Assembly (NCBI GenBank): GCA_038087875.1
Contig: CM075977.1
Span: 84,196,001 to 84,260,000 of the forward strand
DNA: 64,000 nucleotides
Reading direction: 5' to 3'
Source: Malacoraja senta
Lineage: Eukaryota
Position numbers and translations under genes: made by a program. The notes below the pieces were generated by a model. It did not search any database. It saw nothing but the letters and a program-made list of their open reading frames with translations, and was not told where the DNA came from. Of the stretch, positions 35,671-50,249 are shown one piece after another. Position 1 is the stretch's first letter. The number at the start of each line of letters is the position of its first letter.

Positions 35671-38600
35671 TCCCTCCTCTGCCTTCTCTACTCCAAGGTA
35701 AACAAATCTATCTTATCCAGTCTCACCTTATGAATGAAATGCTCCATCCCAAGCAAAATGCTAGTGAATCTCCACTGCACTCTCCACACTGTAATCACAC
35801 CCTTCCTATAGTTGTGAGCAGGACTGTACACAGTTTTCTTGCTATGACCAAAACAATGTTTTCTATGCTATACCATAACCTCCATGCTTTCATGTTGTGT
35901 GCCTCAGCTAATGATGGCTGATATCCCATATGCCTTCTAAACCACCTTATCTGCCTGTGCTGCCACCTTCAAGGCTCCCTGGCCTGTACATCAAGGTCCC
36001 CCAGTTCCTCAATACACCTTGGCGTTACAAATCATTGCGTATGTTCTGCCCTTGTTAATCATCCCAAATGCATCACTTCACAATTATCAGGAATACCTTC
36101 CACCTGCCTTTGCTTGATGCATTTTGCCAACTGATCAATATTTTCCTGTGGTCTATGAATATCTGCCTCATTATAAGCAATGTCCCCATTTTTTGTGCCA
36201 AGCTTACTAATCAAACCTCCTATTTCCCACAACCAGACTGTTTATGCAAACAGTAAAGCTTCCAGCATCTTGTGTTCAACTGAGAAAGCAGATGTGGTTA
36301 ATGCCTCGTCCAGCAGATAAGGCCCATGGCACTGCACTGAAGCAACAGATGCATTTTTTTGCTTTCAAGCCTCCAAGTAGGACTTGAATCCATAACTGTC
36401 TCAGAGTGACAGCGCCATTAACTGTCCCCACAGACAACATTTGCATTGTTGAAAAAATCCTAATACTCTAGTGAACCTTAAATTCTTAAAGTCATTCTCC
36501 AAAAAGGTCTTGAAATCTTCACTGTGCTGTAACTAACAAGCTGCTAAGCCATTAAACGCATTGATGCTATTGCAAATCTCTGAACTATATAGACTTGGGG
36601 ACATTGNNNNNNNNNNNNNNNNNNNNNNNNNNNNNNNNNNNNNNNNNNNNNNNNNNNNNNNNNNNNNNNNNNNNNNNNNNNNNNNNNNNNNNNNNNNNNN
36701 NNNNNNNNNNNNNNNNNNNNNNNNNNNNNNNNNNNNNNNNNNNNNNNNNNNNNNNNNNNNNNNNNNNNNNNNNNNNNNNNNNNNNNNNNNNNNNNNNNNN
36801 NNNNNNNNNNNNNNNNTATATTGGTTACAAATTCTGACATGCTGCTGCAAGTAAGAATTTCATTGTTCTATCTGGGACATATGGCAATAAAACAGTCTTG
36901 ACTCTTGACATCTGTTCTGAGGTAAAAACTTGCGTTCTCTTGACTGTGGTCTCACAATGGGGGAGGATTATGTGCTGCAGTGGGCATATCCACATTGGTA
37001 GACTTTTGAGAATATTGAATGGCAATCTTCTGTTGCACAGTATCGGTGCATTCAGGTGACAGATCTTTTATGGGAATATCTTCCTTGGGGATTTAATCAT
37101 TCTGAAGTAATGGAAATCACAGGCAGATGATGAGACTAAAAGGGCCAATGAGCTCATTGAGAGAGTGTGAGGTAAGAATTTGAGCTTTTTAATAGCCTGA
37201 AGGCGCTATCTTGGTTTTTAAATCAAATTGTGTGTGACCAAAACTATTCAATTATTATGTTGTTGCTGAGACCATATTTTTTTACCATTTAAAAAAAAAA
37301 TCCTGTTTATTTTATATTATTCTGTTTATTTTAGTTGAAGAAAAAGATGTAATTTCCAAATCACATCCATATGGTGAGCCTAACTTTAGGTGCAATTTTA
37401 ATTTCTGTCCGCAGTAGGCCCATTTTGTTTTAGCACTGTACTTTTAAAATGGATTGATTCACAGCAGTTTACATGCTAAAAATCAGTGTAGCTTGAGACC
37501 CACTGTTATATCTGACATAACTAATTCCAGGTCTGTTTTTCAGTTGCCTTAAAAACAAACTGAACAGAGAGGAGGAATCCCAAGGGTCCTGCCATTTGGT
37601 GGAAGCTTTCTGTTGATATTAAATAGGGGAAGCACATGGGTCGTCATCTGTTTTTACAAGTGGAAACTGGGCCTTCATGTGTTTGTACAAGTGAAAGGTG
37701 GTTTCAAATATCTAGCCTGTTGCTGGCTGGGAACAGCTATTCATTGTGGAGAAGTAAAAAGCAACCACAGTAATGTTGCTGAACTGAAGACATTTATGTC
37801 TTATTTGGGTTCTTGCTTGTACTATCAAATCCAAACCACTGATATCAAACATCCTTACAAATTATTACAGGCAATTGTTTCAGAAAGAAAATAAATATTT
37901 GGATTTCAATGTTAATTCTGCCTGTTCCACTACATTTTCAATCTAATGGAAAAGATTATCCTCCGAGGAAAACATGTAGGACAGTCTCTGTATGTTCAGA
38001 GCACACATTATTAAAACCCCATTCAGATTACATAGGATATAAAATGGATGGAAGGACAACTTTACATTGTGTCTGCTCTGTGCTGACAAAGGCTGTTGAG
38101 AAATTGGATCATATATTGTCAAGTTATAGACATGCAGCACAGAAACGGGGCCCTTCAGCCCAACTTCCCTATGCCGAGCAAGATGCCCTCTCTATACTAG
38201 TTAGTGTAGGAAGGAACTCCAGATGCTGGTTTAAACCGAAGATAGACACAAAATGCAGGAGTGTCTGAAGACACTCTGAAGACACTCTGAAGAGTCTTGA
38301 CGTGAAATGTCACCTATTCCTTCTCTCCAGAGATGCTGCCTTCCCTGCTGAGTTACTCTGTTTTTTTGTGTCTATCCTCTCTATACCAGTCCCATCTACC
38401 TGCAATTGGTCTATTCCCTCTAAACATTTTCTCTCCATATTCCTGTCTAAATGTCTTTTAAATATTGTTATAGTACCTTCCACAACTCCCTCCTCTGTCA
38501 GCTTGTTCCATATACAAACCACCACCCTCTGTGTGAATTGGCACAAAACAATATTACATTCATTAAATGGGAAGATTTGTATTATTCCATCTTTTTTTGT

Positions 38601-40769
38601 AAACATAATTGAAAATTGTGGACTTACTGTAAGTTACACAAACTCTGAGGTCCTCCTTATATCTGATGAGCTAGTCCTTAGCGAGGACTTAACATGCACA
38701 ATGATATCCAGTAACATGGAAAACAGTTTGGGGATTATTGTTCAAACATTGGGGCACAGGTGCAGTCGAAGGTCTTTACAATGCTTGTGAGGCTTGTTTC
38801 AGTATTATTTCAATAGTCACCTTGTCACATGCACAGAGATGCAATGAAATGCTCCGTTTTGCTTACAATCGAGTAAAATCACACTATACATGAGCACAAC
38901 CATGCGTATTTAATGGAGTATAATGATTGTAGTATAAGAGTCCTTATGTTTTCTGGCACCATCTAGTAGCTTTCAAGTATCAATTTCTTCAAAATATCAT
39001 GTCTCATCTTGGCCTTAAAGGCCCATTGTCCCTGTGGTGGCGAGTCTGAAGAAGGTTTTTGACCCGAAACCGTCACCCCTTCCTTCTCTCCAGTGATGCT
39101 GCCTGTCCCGCTGAGTTACTCCAGCATTTTATGTCTGTCCCTGTGGTGGTGATGGATCGGTGATGTAGTGGTTGGTCGGGCCTAGCGATGTTGCCTGTGG
39201 TGTCCACTATCAGGAATCTGTCTTGGCCAGATACTCTTTCAGCGATTCAGTGTTCTTTCCTTATTCTTCCTTAAGTGCTCCATCCTTGATTATGACCCCC
39301 TAATCCTTGCAGTTTTATGAACCTCACCCACTTTCAGCCTGATCGTCCAACCAACAGATTGCCAAGCCAATCTCCTGACCAAATCCCCTTGAGCCCTAGC
39401 AACCAACATTTACTGTCACCAATTATTGTGAAGGTTTTTTAAAATAAATTAATTTAGATGTATTACGCTAATGTAAAAGCTCACTGCTGTGCTCTTCACA
39501 TCAAAAAAATGTTTATATAACACTCATGGTTACAGTATTATATTTACTCTCCCAGATGTTACCTGATTGAATTTGAGACCCAGTATTTCTTCTGTATTGC
39601 CCTTTTATTGAGCTGTCATAGTATATACAATAAATTATCAAATAAAAATGTGGTGTTGTGGCAATCTATATTTATGGTGTAAATACAAGTAAGCACATAT
39701 GCACATGAATAATAATTCAAGCTGTAAATTAAGTAAGAAAGAGCAGTTTAAAGAATTCAAATTTATGGCATTTAAATTGCTTGCAACAGATGGAACAATC
39801 AAAGTCTTCCCAACTAATGAATGTAAGATTGGTTCGCTCCCATGATATTATCAAGGTTTTCTTAATTATGTAAAATAATGTTACAAGTCGTTAACTGCTG
39901 CATTCATACTGTTAAATTGCTTCATTGAATCGGCATGGGTAACATTAATGAATTGCCACAGGACTTCAGTCATTAATTTGTAATATAGGAATAAAGTCTT
40001 CTGATTCTGCAGCACAACATTGTGATCTTGTTCCATTATAGAACCTACTATGAAGACGGGAACGAGGCTGATAATAATATAATCATATCTTGTTGGAGGT
40101 TTCAATTCCATCCACTCCTTTCACCCTACTGAAGTATAATCTTATTCAACAATCTTAGATTATGAAATGAGACAATAAAGTAATTAAAAGTAAGTTTAAA
40201 TCTAAATGCAATAGTATTAAATAATGATTGCTTAAATAAAGTCCCCCATATACACAAAAGCAGTTCTCACGTAAGAACATAAGAAATAGAACCAGGAGTC
40301 CACTATAAAACCCCTGAGTTCTGTTCTGCCTTTCAACAGGATTGTGGCTGGTCTATATACAAATGACAGACAGGCATTGTTCGAAGCAGTCTGGTGAAAC
40401 TTTGCAGAATTCCCTCTAAGTATTTCCTTTTTTCAAAAAAAGAGACTAAAATTGGACCCTAAACATCCCCCTTTCCTTCTCTCCAGAGATGCTGCCTGAC
40501 CCGCTGAGTTATTCCAGCATTTTGTTTCTATCTTCTCTCTGGTCCACTGGGTGTGTTGTCACTGAGGCTCTATATAATGATAGTTAGACATCCTTACTTG
40601 CAATAAAGGCCAATAAACCACTTGCCTTCATAATTGCTTTTAAAGAATCTTTGCATCCTCATCAACACTTACATTCACATTAGTTCCATGTCATTAGCAA
40701 ACGTGAAAATTAAACATTTGATCTTCAGCCAAATCGTTGTTATACTTGTTACTGGCACTAATTTCATTT

Positions 40770-40976
40770 TTGTAGAAAGGAATTGCAGATGCTGGTTTAA
40801 ACCGAAGATAGACACAAAAGTTGGAGTAACTCAGCGGTTCAGACAGCATCTCTGGAGAAAATAAATAGGTGACGTTTCGGGTTGAGAAGGTCTGAAGAAA
40901 GGTCGACCTGAAATGTCACCTATTCCTTTTCTCCAGAGATGCTGTCTGACCCAGTGAGTTACTCCAGCATTTTGAT
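40770..40976. mobile_element. PLE pLTR fold-back insertion with 13-bp TSD
   Basis: actaatttcattt at 40757-40769 and 40977-40989; CTGAAGA core at 40892-40898. Confidence 0.85.
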
Positions 40977-41189
40977 ACTAATTTCATTTATTTCCTTATT
41001 CGCATTGGAGTCTTGGTTTCCAATTATTTCCGAAAGGCTAGTTGTGTCTTATGTGAAGACAAATGCAAAGTATTTATTTAATTCCACTGTCATTTATTTA
41101 TTCTCTATTGTAAATGCTCTCATTTCTGCGATGGGTTCGCATGTGCATTCACTTTTTTTACAGCTCTGTACCAGTTAATAATTTTATTC

Positions 41190-41422
41190 AGAGAAAGACA
41201 CAAAGTGCTGGAGTAACTCAACAGGTCAGGCAGCATCCCTGGAGAACATGGATAGATGATATTTCAGGTCGGGACCCTTCTTCAGACTGAAGATTGGTCT
41301 TGACCTGAAATGTCTCCTATCCATGTTCCCCAGGGATGCTGCCTGACCTGCTGAGTTATTCTGAGTAGACAGCATTTTCTGTCTTTCTTTGGTAAACCAG
41401 CATCTGCAGTTCCTTGCTTGTA
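41190..41422. mobile_element. PLE pLTR fold-back with abutting arms
   Basis: Arms meet at cttcag-a-ctgaag (about 41280-41292). Confidence 0.8.
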
Positions 41423-42029
41423 CAATAATGTAATACAATTACTTATTTTCCTCTCTTATACACTTTTAATACTTGGCCATCAGTTTTGTACTATTGTATA
41501 CTACTGGAATAAAATAGGCAACATTCCAGTTATTCTTTTCCCAATTCCCTGCACTCTGCTGAAAGCTGTGCCCATCTTTACTGATATTTCATAATGCAGA
41601 AGTCTGCTGGAAAATGTTCACGAGCCGCTTGTCAAACAGCTATTTGACATACACAGATGCCATGTTTGTAAAACAATATCAAAGTTGGGTTGCTCCAATT
41701 GCCCCCTGATTTGCCAAAGCCCACATTCTAAGAACACCTGCACTCTATTCCTCTATGCTCAAACCTGTGGGAGGTAAAAACTGCACTATATTCTTCTTTG
41801 TTTTTGTGCCATTACTTAAGGAATTGTCATAATTTACACAATATTGTATTCAATCTTATTCAGACCTGGGTCTTAACTACAACTTCATTCTTTCTGAATT
41901 CTGAGCCCTTGGGTACAAAGCCAGGTTTTCTTCTCTATATTTTTGTTCTGCCAACAGCTATTGATCTCTTCTCATTCTCAATGGACTATCAGGGTTCCTT
42001 TACTCTTATAACATAGATGTACGGATGGA

Positions 42030-42730
42030 TCTTGGGGTTCCCGTCCATTGCTCCCTGAAAGTGACACTTGTAGAGTGGCAAATAAGGCGTATGATATGCT
42101 TGCCTGCATTGGTTAGGACATTGAATATAAGAGCCAGGAGGTCATGATGCAGCTTTATAGGACTTTGGTTAGGCTGCATTTGAAATATTGCATGCAGTTC
42201 TGGTGGTCCCATTACAGGAAGGACATGGGGGGGGGGGGGGTGGCTTTGGACAGGGTTCAGATGTGACCGGAATGCTGCCTGGATTAGCATGTGTTGGCTC
42301 CAAGGACAGATTGGACAAACTTGGATTGTTTCCTCTGGAATGCTGGAGGTTGAGGAGACATCTGGTAGAAGTGTATAACATTATGAGAGGCATAGATAAG
42401 GTAGACAATCAGAACCTATTTTGCCAGGGTGAATAAAAGGCTAGAGGGCATATCTTTAAGCTGAGATGGGATAAAGTTTAAAGGAGATGAGCAAGGCAAG
42501 TTTTTTTCCCCACAGAGATTCGTGAGTGCTTGGAACATGCTGCTAGGTGTAGTGGTGGAGGCAGATATGATAATAGCATTTAAGAGGCTTTTGGATAGAC
42601 ACGTGGATATACAGGGAATGGAGGGATATGGATCATTTGCATACAGATTAATTTAGTTTATCTTGGCATCATGTCCGGCACAGATATTGTCAGCCGAAGG
42701 GCCTGTTTCTGTGAAATACTGTTCTATGTT
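42030..42730 (+). mobile_element. CR1-type LINE 3' fragment
   Basis: DRLDKLGLFPLECWRLRRHLVEVYNIMRGIDKVD; CR1 3' UTR. Confidence 0.85.
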
Positions 42731-43824
42731 CATTATACCTTATAAAAACTTCTGTGTAATGTCTAGGTATTTAAAATTGTTACTGTTTTTCTCTGAAATG
42801 TATGAAACAGTGTACTTCCATTTATTACCACTTAGTACGATTATTGCAAATTTTCTCTTCTGTGGCCTAACTTTGACTGTTGTAAGTTCTTACAGAGTCA
42901 CAAGTTGCTATTTTGATTTTCAGCAAATCCTGATATTGTTCCTTCAATGATATTTAAGGTATCTTTTTACGATTCCAGTAACAAATGCACCACTTACCAC
43001 ATATTTGCAGTCTGAGAAGCAGATTTTCATTCTTACATTTTTATTTCTAGATTGCAAACATATCATGATCCACGTCACCACATCTCCTTTCACTCTTTTG
43101 CCAAATCATAAAAATGTTATGTGATATAGTGGTATAAATAATTAATGAAATGAAACTAAAATAGTAGCAAACGCAACATTTATCTCTTTGTCTTTCTGTA
43201 TGTATAAATTGTTATATTAATTGACTTCAAGTCCATTTATTAAATTAATGAATTAGTTGCAGATTTCAGTCATTAATTAAAAAGGGAAACAAGACTATTG
43301 TGATTCTCCGGGGCCTATCAACTCAATCCCATTCTGTTACAGTAATGGACTAATCACATAACTCCGGTTTATTTTCCATCTCATGCTCTCATTCTCATTC
43401 AGTACAGGAGCTGTAATCTAAACCTACTCAATCTTCTTGGAAAGTATGCTTCTAGGGTTGAGGATGAAACTAGTAAGGCAGGATTTATCACCAATCTCAC
43501 TGGCCCTGGGAACTCATGCAATTTTTGTGAAGATCCCTAAAACAGTATTTGGGAATTTTAAGATTCTGTCCTGGAAAGTAGAAGGAGAATGATGTATGTT
43601 AAAGTTAACAAGTCACATGATCTGGAGATGAACCTGCAGATACTGGTGTTTGCATGACATTGTTGTTCTTGTCTTCTCAATGATAGAGTTCAAATGAGGG
43701 AGACTGTGCTGAATCAACATTAATGACGGTGCAATGCATCATACAGAATTTACACACTGCAGCTACTGACTGTAAAAATGTTGGTTCCTCCCAAAACAAA
43801 ACAAGATTATAACATTTGAAAGAA

Positions 43825-44125
43825 AGGTGGGTGACTCAGTGACACGACTGGTAGAGTTGCTGCTTGGTTGCTGTGTGTGTGGAGTTTGCAAATTCTCCTT
43901 GTGACCATGTGGGTTTCCTACAGGTGCTCTGGTTTCCTCCTGTCATCCCAAAGATGTGTGGGTTTGTCAGTTAATTGTTTAAAACATGTTTACAAAAAAT
44001 TGCTCCTAATGTGCAGGGAGTGAGTGAGAAAGTGGGATAACATAGAACCATTGTGAACTGGTGATCGATGATCGGCGTGGAATCGATGTGCCAAAGTGCC
44101 TGTTTACATGCTGTGTCTTTAATAA
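43825..44125 (+). mobile_element. V-SINE (internally deleted)
   Basis: Head gtgactcagtgacacgactggtagagttgctgc; V-core gtgggtttcctacaggtgctctggtttcctcc. Confidence 0.8.
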
Positions 44126-47100
44126 AAAAGGAATCTATTCTTATCATCTACTCATCCATCCCTGGTGTAGAAAAACATGTTATAAAGAATCATTGTGAAG
44201 CCTAAGGTCCATGCACCAGCAAACCTGGACTTTCCTATTTGTTGCAAAGTCACACTCACCATGCTATTGACTGAGCTTGGCTACACTTGAGGAGTGTATA
44301 GAAGTTCCTCCAGGATGTAGCCTGGGATGAAGAATGTCAGAGGAGAGCTGGATAGATTGGGGTTGTTTTCCTTGAAGTGGACAAGGCTGAGGGGAACCGA
44401 TTGCGGAATATTTTGTTTTTCATCCAGATGGTAGTTGGAACCGGGAAGGTATTGGCTGAATGGCTTGTAAGTTCAGGTACTCCCACAACATTTAAAACAT
44501 ATCTGGATGCACTCTAATCACAAAGGCATATAAGGCAAGGGACCGAGTGCTGAGTAAATGGGAATGGTATAAATGCTTTATGGTTGGCATGCAACAGTGG
44601 GCTGAAGGCTCTATGTCTCTAATATATGACCCTATGACTCTATGACGCACAATGGATGCATCTGTTGGCCAGGCATGGTGTTTACGGACCAGCAGTAGGG
44701 AACAGTATTTGACCAGTTGCGCAATCTGAATAAGTCTTCCTGTTGCCCAACACTTGGTGACCTGCCCATTTCTTCATTTCCTTCGTACATGAAAAACAGA
44801 TCTCAAAAACTAATTGGCAGCGGATCTCAATATGAAGCAAGATCTTTCTGCAGGGATCAGTCTTGTGGCTTTTCCTTGTGATGTCCCGCAATGCCAATGC
44901 CCCAGATGTGTTCAATTTACCCAATGATTGTTCCACCCCTTTGCTTAACAGTGAATGTTTAAATACTTTATATTTTCCTTTATTCTTTATATATATATTT
45001 ACATCTTTATTTATATTTAACATTAAAAATGTAATAATTCTCCACAATAATGAGATTTATCAGCAGTATCACAATTTGCACAAGGGCACAGAAATTGAGC
45101 AAAACTATTCAAGGTGAGCCAAAGAAATATTGCTAAACACAATTGGGACATCTCTAGATTTGATCCAGAATTCATTAATTAATGAAAATGGTCTAGGAAA
45201 GGGGGCTTGGTAGTAAAACCAAGTCTGGAGCAAATCAGAACTGCACAAATCAGAAACTCACAAGTGTGCATGCACTTCCATGGAGCCTGCATCCTGAAAG
45301 GTTCAAGGTCAGGATAACAAATGAAATTTAGCCACGTAAAGATATTTTAATACAAGGTAGACACAAAATGCTGGAGTAACTCAGCGGGACAGGCAACATC
45401 TTTGGAGAGAAGGAATGGGTGACATTTCGGGTTGAGACCCTTTTTCAGACTGGTTATGGTCATGTTCTAAGGAGCATTTTAACTAGAGGATAGAGTCAAA
45501 GATGCTTAGAGATTCCAACGTCTCCTCACCAGGCAGTTGATAACAGGCATGGGTGATTAATATTGGAAGAACATAGAAATCTGCTGGTCGTAGGACTGGA
45601 AAATGTTACACAGATGATGAATGAAGCCATGGAGGGGTTGGAAACATGGATGGAGTATTTTAAAACTGAGACATGCTGGACCAGAAGCGGATGGTGTTCA
45701 GAAAGCTCACGAGCATGAGTAAATTGCTGTTAGTCTGAATAGAGACAGTAGGTGTTTGAATGAGTTCCAATTTATAATGAAATGAATTAGGAATAGGATT
45801 AGGCAGTTGACCCTCGTCTAGCATTTAATAAAATCATAACTCTTATTGTGTAAAAGATGTAACCTCAACTTGGCATTCCTTATCAACATTTGTAACCTCT
45901 CGTTCCCTTGCTTATTAAGAATCTATCTGCTTCTGCCTTTAAAAAATCCAGACCTCTGCGTCCACTGTCCTTTGCAGATGCAAGTTCTAACAGTTTGTAA
46001 CATTGGTATTGCTTGGCACAACCTTGTTGCTGATATGTATCCAAGAGCACTGTGAAGAGGTGGGAGCTGCTTTCAAAGCATCACTTCAAAGAGTAAATTG
46101 GTGCTCAAGGGAGACAATCCTCCAGAGGCTGGAAGCCTATCGGATAGACTAGGTGATCTTTTCCCACTCTTTTTGATGAGTTTCAGTGAATACTAAGAAT
46201 TAGCAATGCAAACTTCTTGATGTATGAATGATACATTATTATCACATGTGACATGTTGCAATGAAATTCTTTGCTTTGCATGCCATGCACGAAGTTTGCA
46301 AAGAGTCGCCACATATAGGGCACTGATATAACCTCACGTATTACCTCACATATTAATATCCATTACTTCACAAAGGTATGTGTATTTTCCCTTGTAAAAG
46401 TAAGTTCACAATCATAGTTAATCTTTCATCTCCTAAAATTTGGCTTCCAAGTCTCAATATATTTATCTGAATCATCCACTTCTGGATTAGTTTGCTTGAT
46501 AATCTAGGCAGGATAGATCTCCTCTGAGAAGAGTAAAGATTCTTCTCATGTCGTGTAACAAAGCTGTCCCTGGAGTGAGCCAGGGAAAACCTGGAACAGA
46601 TGATGCTTTCTGGAGGAAAATGACTCACAGAATGAGCAATTACCATTATCGTGCAAAAGACAAGTTAAAGGAAAGATTGTGCAAAATCCTTGCATTTTTT
46701 TGGTGTTCATCTGAAAACTTGGCATAAACAGTACAACAGATCAGATACAATAATAAACACTGAGGCAATCAACAGTAAAATGTATTTAGTCATATTATTT
46801 ATAATACATTGGGAAATCAATGTGAAACTGAATTAAATCTATTGCCATCTCTCAGACATGTTTTCTGTGAAGCATTAGAATCAGTGTGGTAGAGGGTGAC
46901 CCGATAAATAAATCTCAAAGCTCATGAGAACAGTTAAAATGGGATACCGGTCAATGTTAGGAATCATGCTCTGGCAAGAATTAGCTAATGCCAAGATCAC
47001 AATCATCATTATATTTGAAATCTGTCATGAATGAACAGGATCTCTGAAACTTAAATGTAGCAATGAACTCCTCGGGGGAAAATTTTCTGACATTTCATTA

Positions 47101-47943
47101 CATAAACTCTTTGAATTCACAAGGAGTGTGTTAAGGTTGATTGATTTTTTTTCTTCTTCTGGGCATTAAGAGTTTACTATTTATTTTGGCAACATGGCAA
47201 TGGTGTCCAAGGATTCAGCCCCACTTTCAGCCAATAATAATGGAGAAAGGCAGTAATGTATGTTATGTAATGTACGTAAGATTTCCCGAGGCAACGAGGG
47301 AACCCATTGCAGTAAATGATAATGGACTCATCTGTGTTGGTCAGAAGACATTGTAACCAATATGAATCATTGTATTCCAACTGAGTATGCACCACATTAC
47401 GTATTCAGACTTAAAAAATACATTTCCTATTAATAAGGTTTTGTGTGAACTGAGTATTTGAATCTAACCAACCTTTGATCCAAGTCAAGTCAAGAGATTT
47501 TTATTGTCATGTGTCCCAGATAGGACAATGAAATTCTTGCTTGCTGCAGTAAAACAGAATATGTAAACGTAAAGAAGAACAGGAGATAAAAGTTCAGTGT
47601 GTCCATATAGCATAGACCATATATATATATATACACAATAAATAAACAGATAAAGTGCCATAGTAATAATAGACTGTTGTTGTTCAGAGCTTGTTTGATG
47701 TTGTATTTAATAGCCTGATGGCTGTGGGGAAGAAGTTGTTCCTGAACCTGGATGTTCCAGATTTCAAGCTCCTGTACCTTCTTCCTGATGGCAGCGGTGA
47801 AATGAGTGTGTGACCAGGATGGTGTGGGTCTTTGATGATGTTGGCAGCCTTTTTGAGACAGCGACTGCGATAGATCCCTTCGATGGTGGGGAGGTCAGAG
47901 CCGATGATGGACTGGGCAGTGGTCACAAGTAGATGTGCCTTCT

Positions 47944-49449
47944 TTATAATTGCATCAGTGTGCTGGGACCAGGAAAGATCTTCGGAATTATGCACGCCCA
48001 GGATTTTAAGTTTTTTACCCTTTCCAACATCGTCCCGTTGATATAAACGGGATTGTGGGTCCCTATCCTACCCCATCCAAAGTTCACAATCAGTTCCTTG
48101 GTTTTGCTGATGTTGAGAGCCAGGTTATTGTGCTGGCACCATTTGGTCAATCGGTCGATCTCACTTCTATACTCTGACTCATCACCATTAGTGATTCGTC
48201 CCACAACAGTGGTGTCGTTGGTGAACTTGATGATGGAGTTTTTACTGTGTCCGGCTACACAGTCATGAGTATAGAGTGAGTACAGCAGGGGGCTGAGCAT
48301 GCAGACTTGAGGTGCTCCTGTGCTGATTGTTATCGAGGATGAAACGTTTCCACCAATACGGACAGACTGTGGTCTGTGGATGAGGAAGTTGAGGATCCCA
48401 TTGCAGAGCGATGTGCAGAGACCCAGATCTGAGAGTTTGGTAACCAGCTTGGAGGGGATGATGGTATTAAATGCCGAGCTGTAGTCTATGAACAACAGCC
48501 TGACATACGAGTTTTTGTTGTCCAAGTGGTCCAGAGCGGAGTGGAGAGCCAGTGAGATTGCATCCACCGTTGATCTGTTGTGGCGGTAAGTGAACTGCAG
48601 AGGGTCGAGGTTCTTGTCGAAGTAGGAATTGATATGCACCGTAATCAACCTCTCAAAGCACTTCATCACCACCGACGTTAATGCCACAGGTCGATAGTCA
48701 TTGAGGCACGTCACCTTGCTCTTCTTGGGCACCGGTATTATTGATGCCCTTTTAAAGCAGGTGGGAATATCAGACCTCAGAAGTGAGAAGTTGAAAATGT
48801 CTGTAAAATCTCCAGCCAGTTGGTCTGCACAGGTTTTGAGAACACGGCCGGGTATACCATCAGGTCCAGGTGCTTTCCGAGGGCTCATCCCCCTGAAGGA
48901 TCTTCTGACATCGGCCTCTGTGACTGTGACTGAAATACCATCATGGCGAATGGGGGCTCGGGAAGGCACATCAGTGTTCTCCCTATCAAAGCGTGCGTAA
49001 AACACATTGAGCTCGTCAGGGAGTGATGCTTCGCTGACATTTGAGCTGCCTCCTGATTTCGCCTTGTAGGAGGTGATGGCATTCAAGCCCCGCCAGAGTT
49101 GCCGAACATCCGTCTCATCCTCCAGCTTGGAGCAGAAGTCCCTTTTGGCCTTTTTGATGGCCTTACCATGGTTGTATCTGGACTTCTTGTAGACCACTGT
49201 ATCTCCAGACCTGAATGCCCGAGATCTGGTCTTTAGAAGAATGCGGACCACATGGTTCTGGTTAGGAAACACTCGGAAAGTTTCTGTTGGGACGCAGTCC
49301 TCCACACATGTCCTAATGAAGTCTGTAACGACTGTGGCGTATTCATGCAGATCCGTTGCTGAGTCCTTGAACATTATCCAGTCTACAGACTCCAAACAGT
49401 CCTGGAGTTGTTCCTCTGCCTCCCCCGACCAGCTTTGTGCAGTCCTCAC
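47944..49449 (-). pseudogene. Rex1/Babar reverse transcriptase domain (defective)
   Basis: KAPGPDGI, NDYRPVALTS, LFIDYSSAFNTI, TGAPQVC; catalytic FADD reads FTND; frameshift near 48000 and internal deletion near 47928. Confidence 0.93.
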
Positions 49450-50249
49450 CTCTGGGGTGCGCTCTTCAATTGCTGCCTGTAGACAGGGAGCAGCAGCACC
49501 GCAGTATGGTTGGATTTACTGAAGTGAGGGCGAGGGATAGAATGATAGGCGTCTTTGATGGTCATGTAGCAGTGGTCGAGGGTGTTTGATCCTCTGGTGT
49601 TGCAGGGGACATGTTGGTGGTTGTTAGGGAGCGATTTCTTCAGGTTGGCTTTGTTGAAATCCCCGGCAATGGTGGTAAATGCCTCGGGGTAAGCCGTCTG
49701 GTGCTTGTTGACCATGGCGTGCAGCTCCCCCAGTGCCAGATGTACATCAGCCTGGGGTGGGATGTAGACTGCGGTCAGGATGATGGAGGTGAATTCCCTT
49801 GGTTGGTAGAAGTGGCGGCACTTCACCGCCAGATGTTCGAGGTCTGGGGAGCAGGAGTTAGATAGAACTGCCACGTCTGAGCACCACGCAGAATTGACCA
49901 TGAGGCAGACACCCCCTCCTCTCCCTTTCCCAGATGCCAGTGTATGGTCCATGCAATGGATGGAGAAACCTTCAGGCTGGACTGCTGAGTCTGGGGAGCT
50001 GGGGGTGAGCCATGTCTCTGTGAAACAGAATACAGAGCATTCCCTCAGCTCACTTTGGTAAAGCAGCCTTGCCCTTAAGTCCTCCACCTTGTTTTCAAGG
50101 GACTGTACATTGGCCAGTAGGATGGTAGGGAGAGAGGGCCAAAGTCCCCTGCGCTTCAGTCTTACTTGTAGTCCTGCCCGACGACCACATTTCCGTACTC
50201 CATGAAGGCTTCCTCGCTGTTTACAGGTACAGTACTTGCGAGTCTCCAC
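49446..50249 (-). pseudogene. Rex1/Babar apurinic-like endonuclease domain
   Basis: LLANVQSL, FCFTETWL, GRGGGVC, AVYIPP, IAGDFN, NTLDHCY and SNH (for SDH); frameshift to the RT at about 49447. Confidence 0.92.

Noticed and set aside
18168-36854. ORFs containing long X runs
   Set aside because: Artefacts of the N gaps at 18191-18390, 19578-19983 and 36607-36816.
24825-46600. Other exon-like minus-strand frames near 24830-24969, 30283-30410, 39885-40068 and 46370-46591
   Set aside because: Weak or missing splice sites and no recognisable protein family; no gene model could be built.
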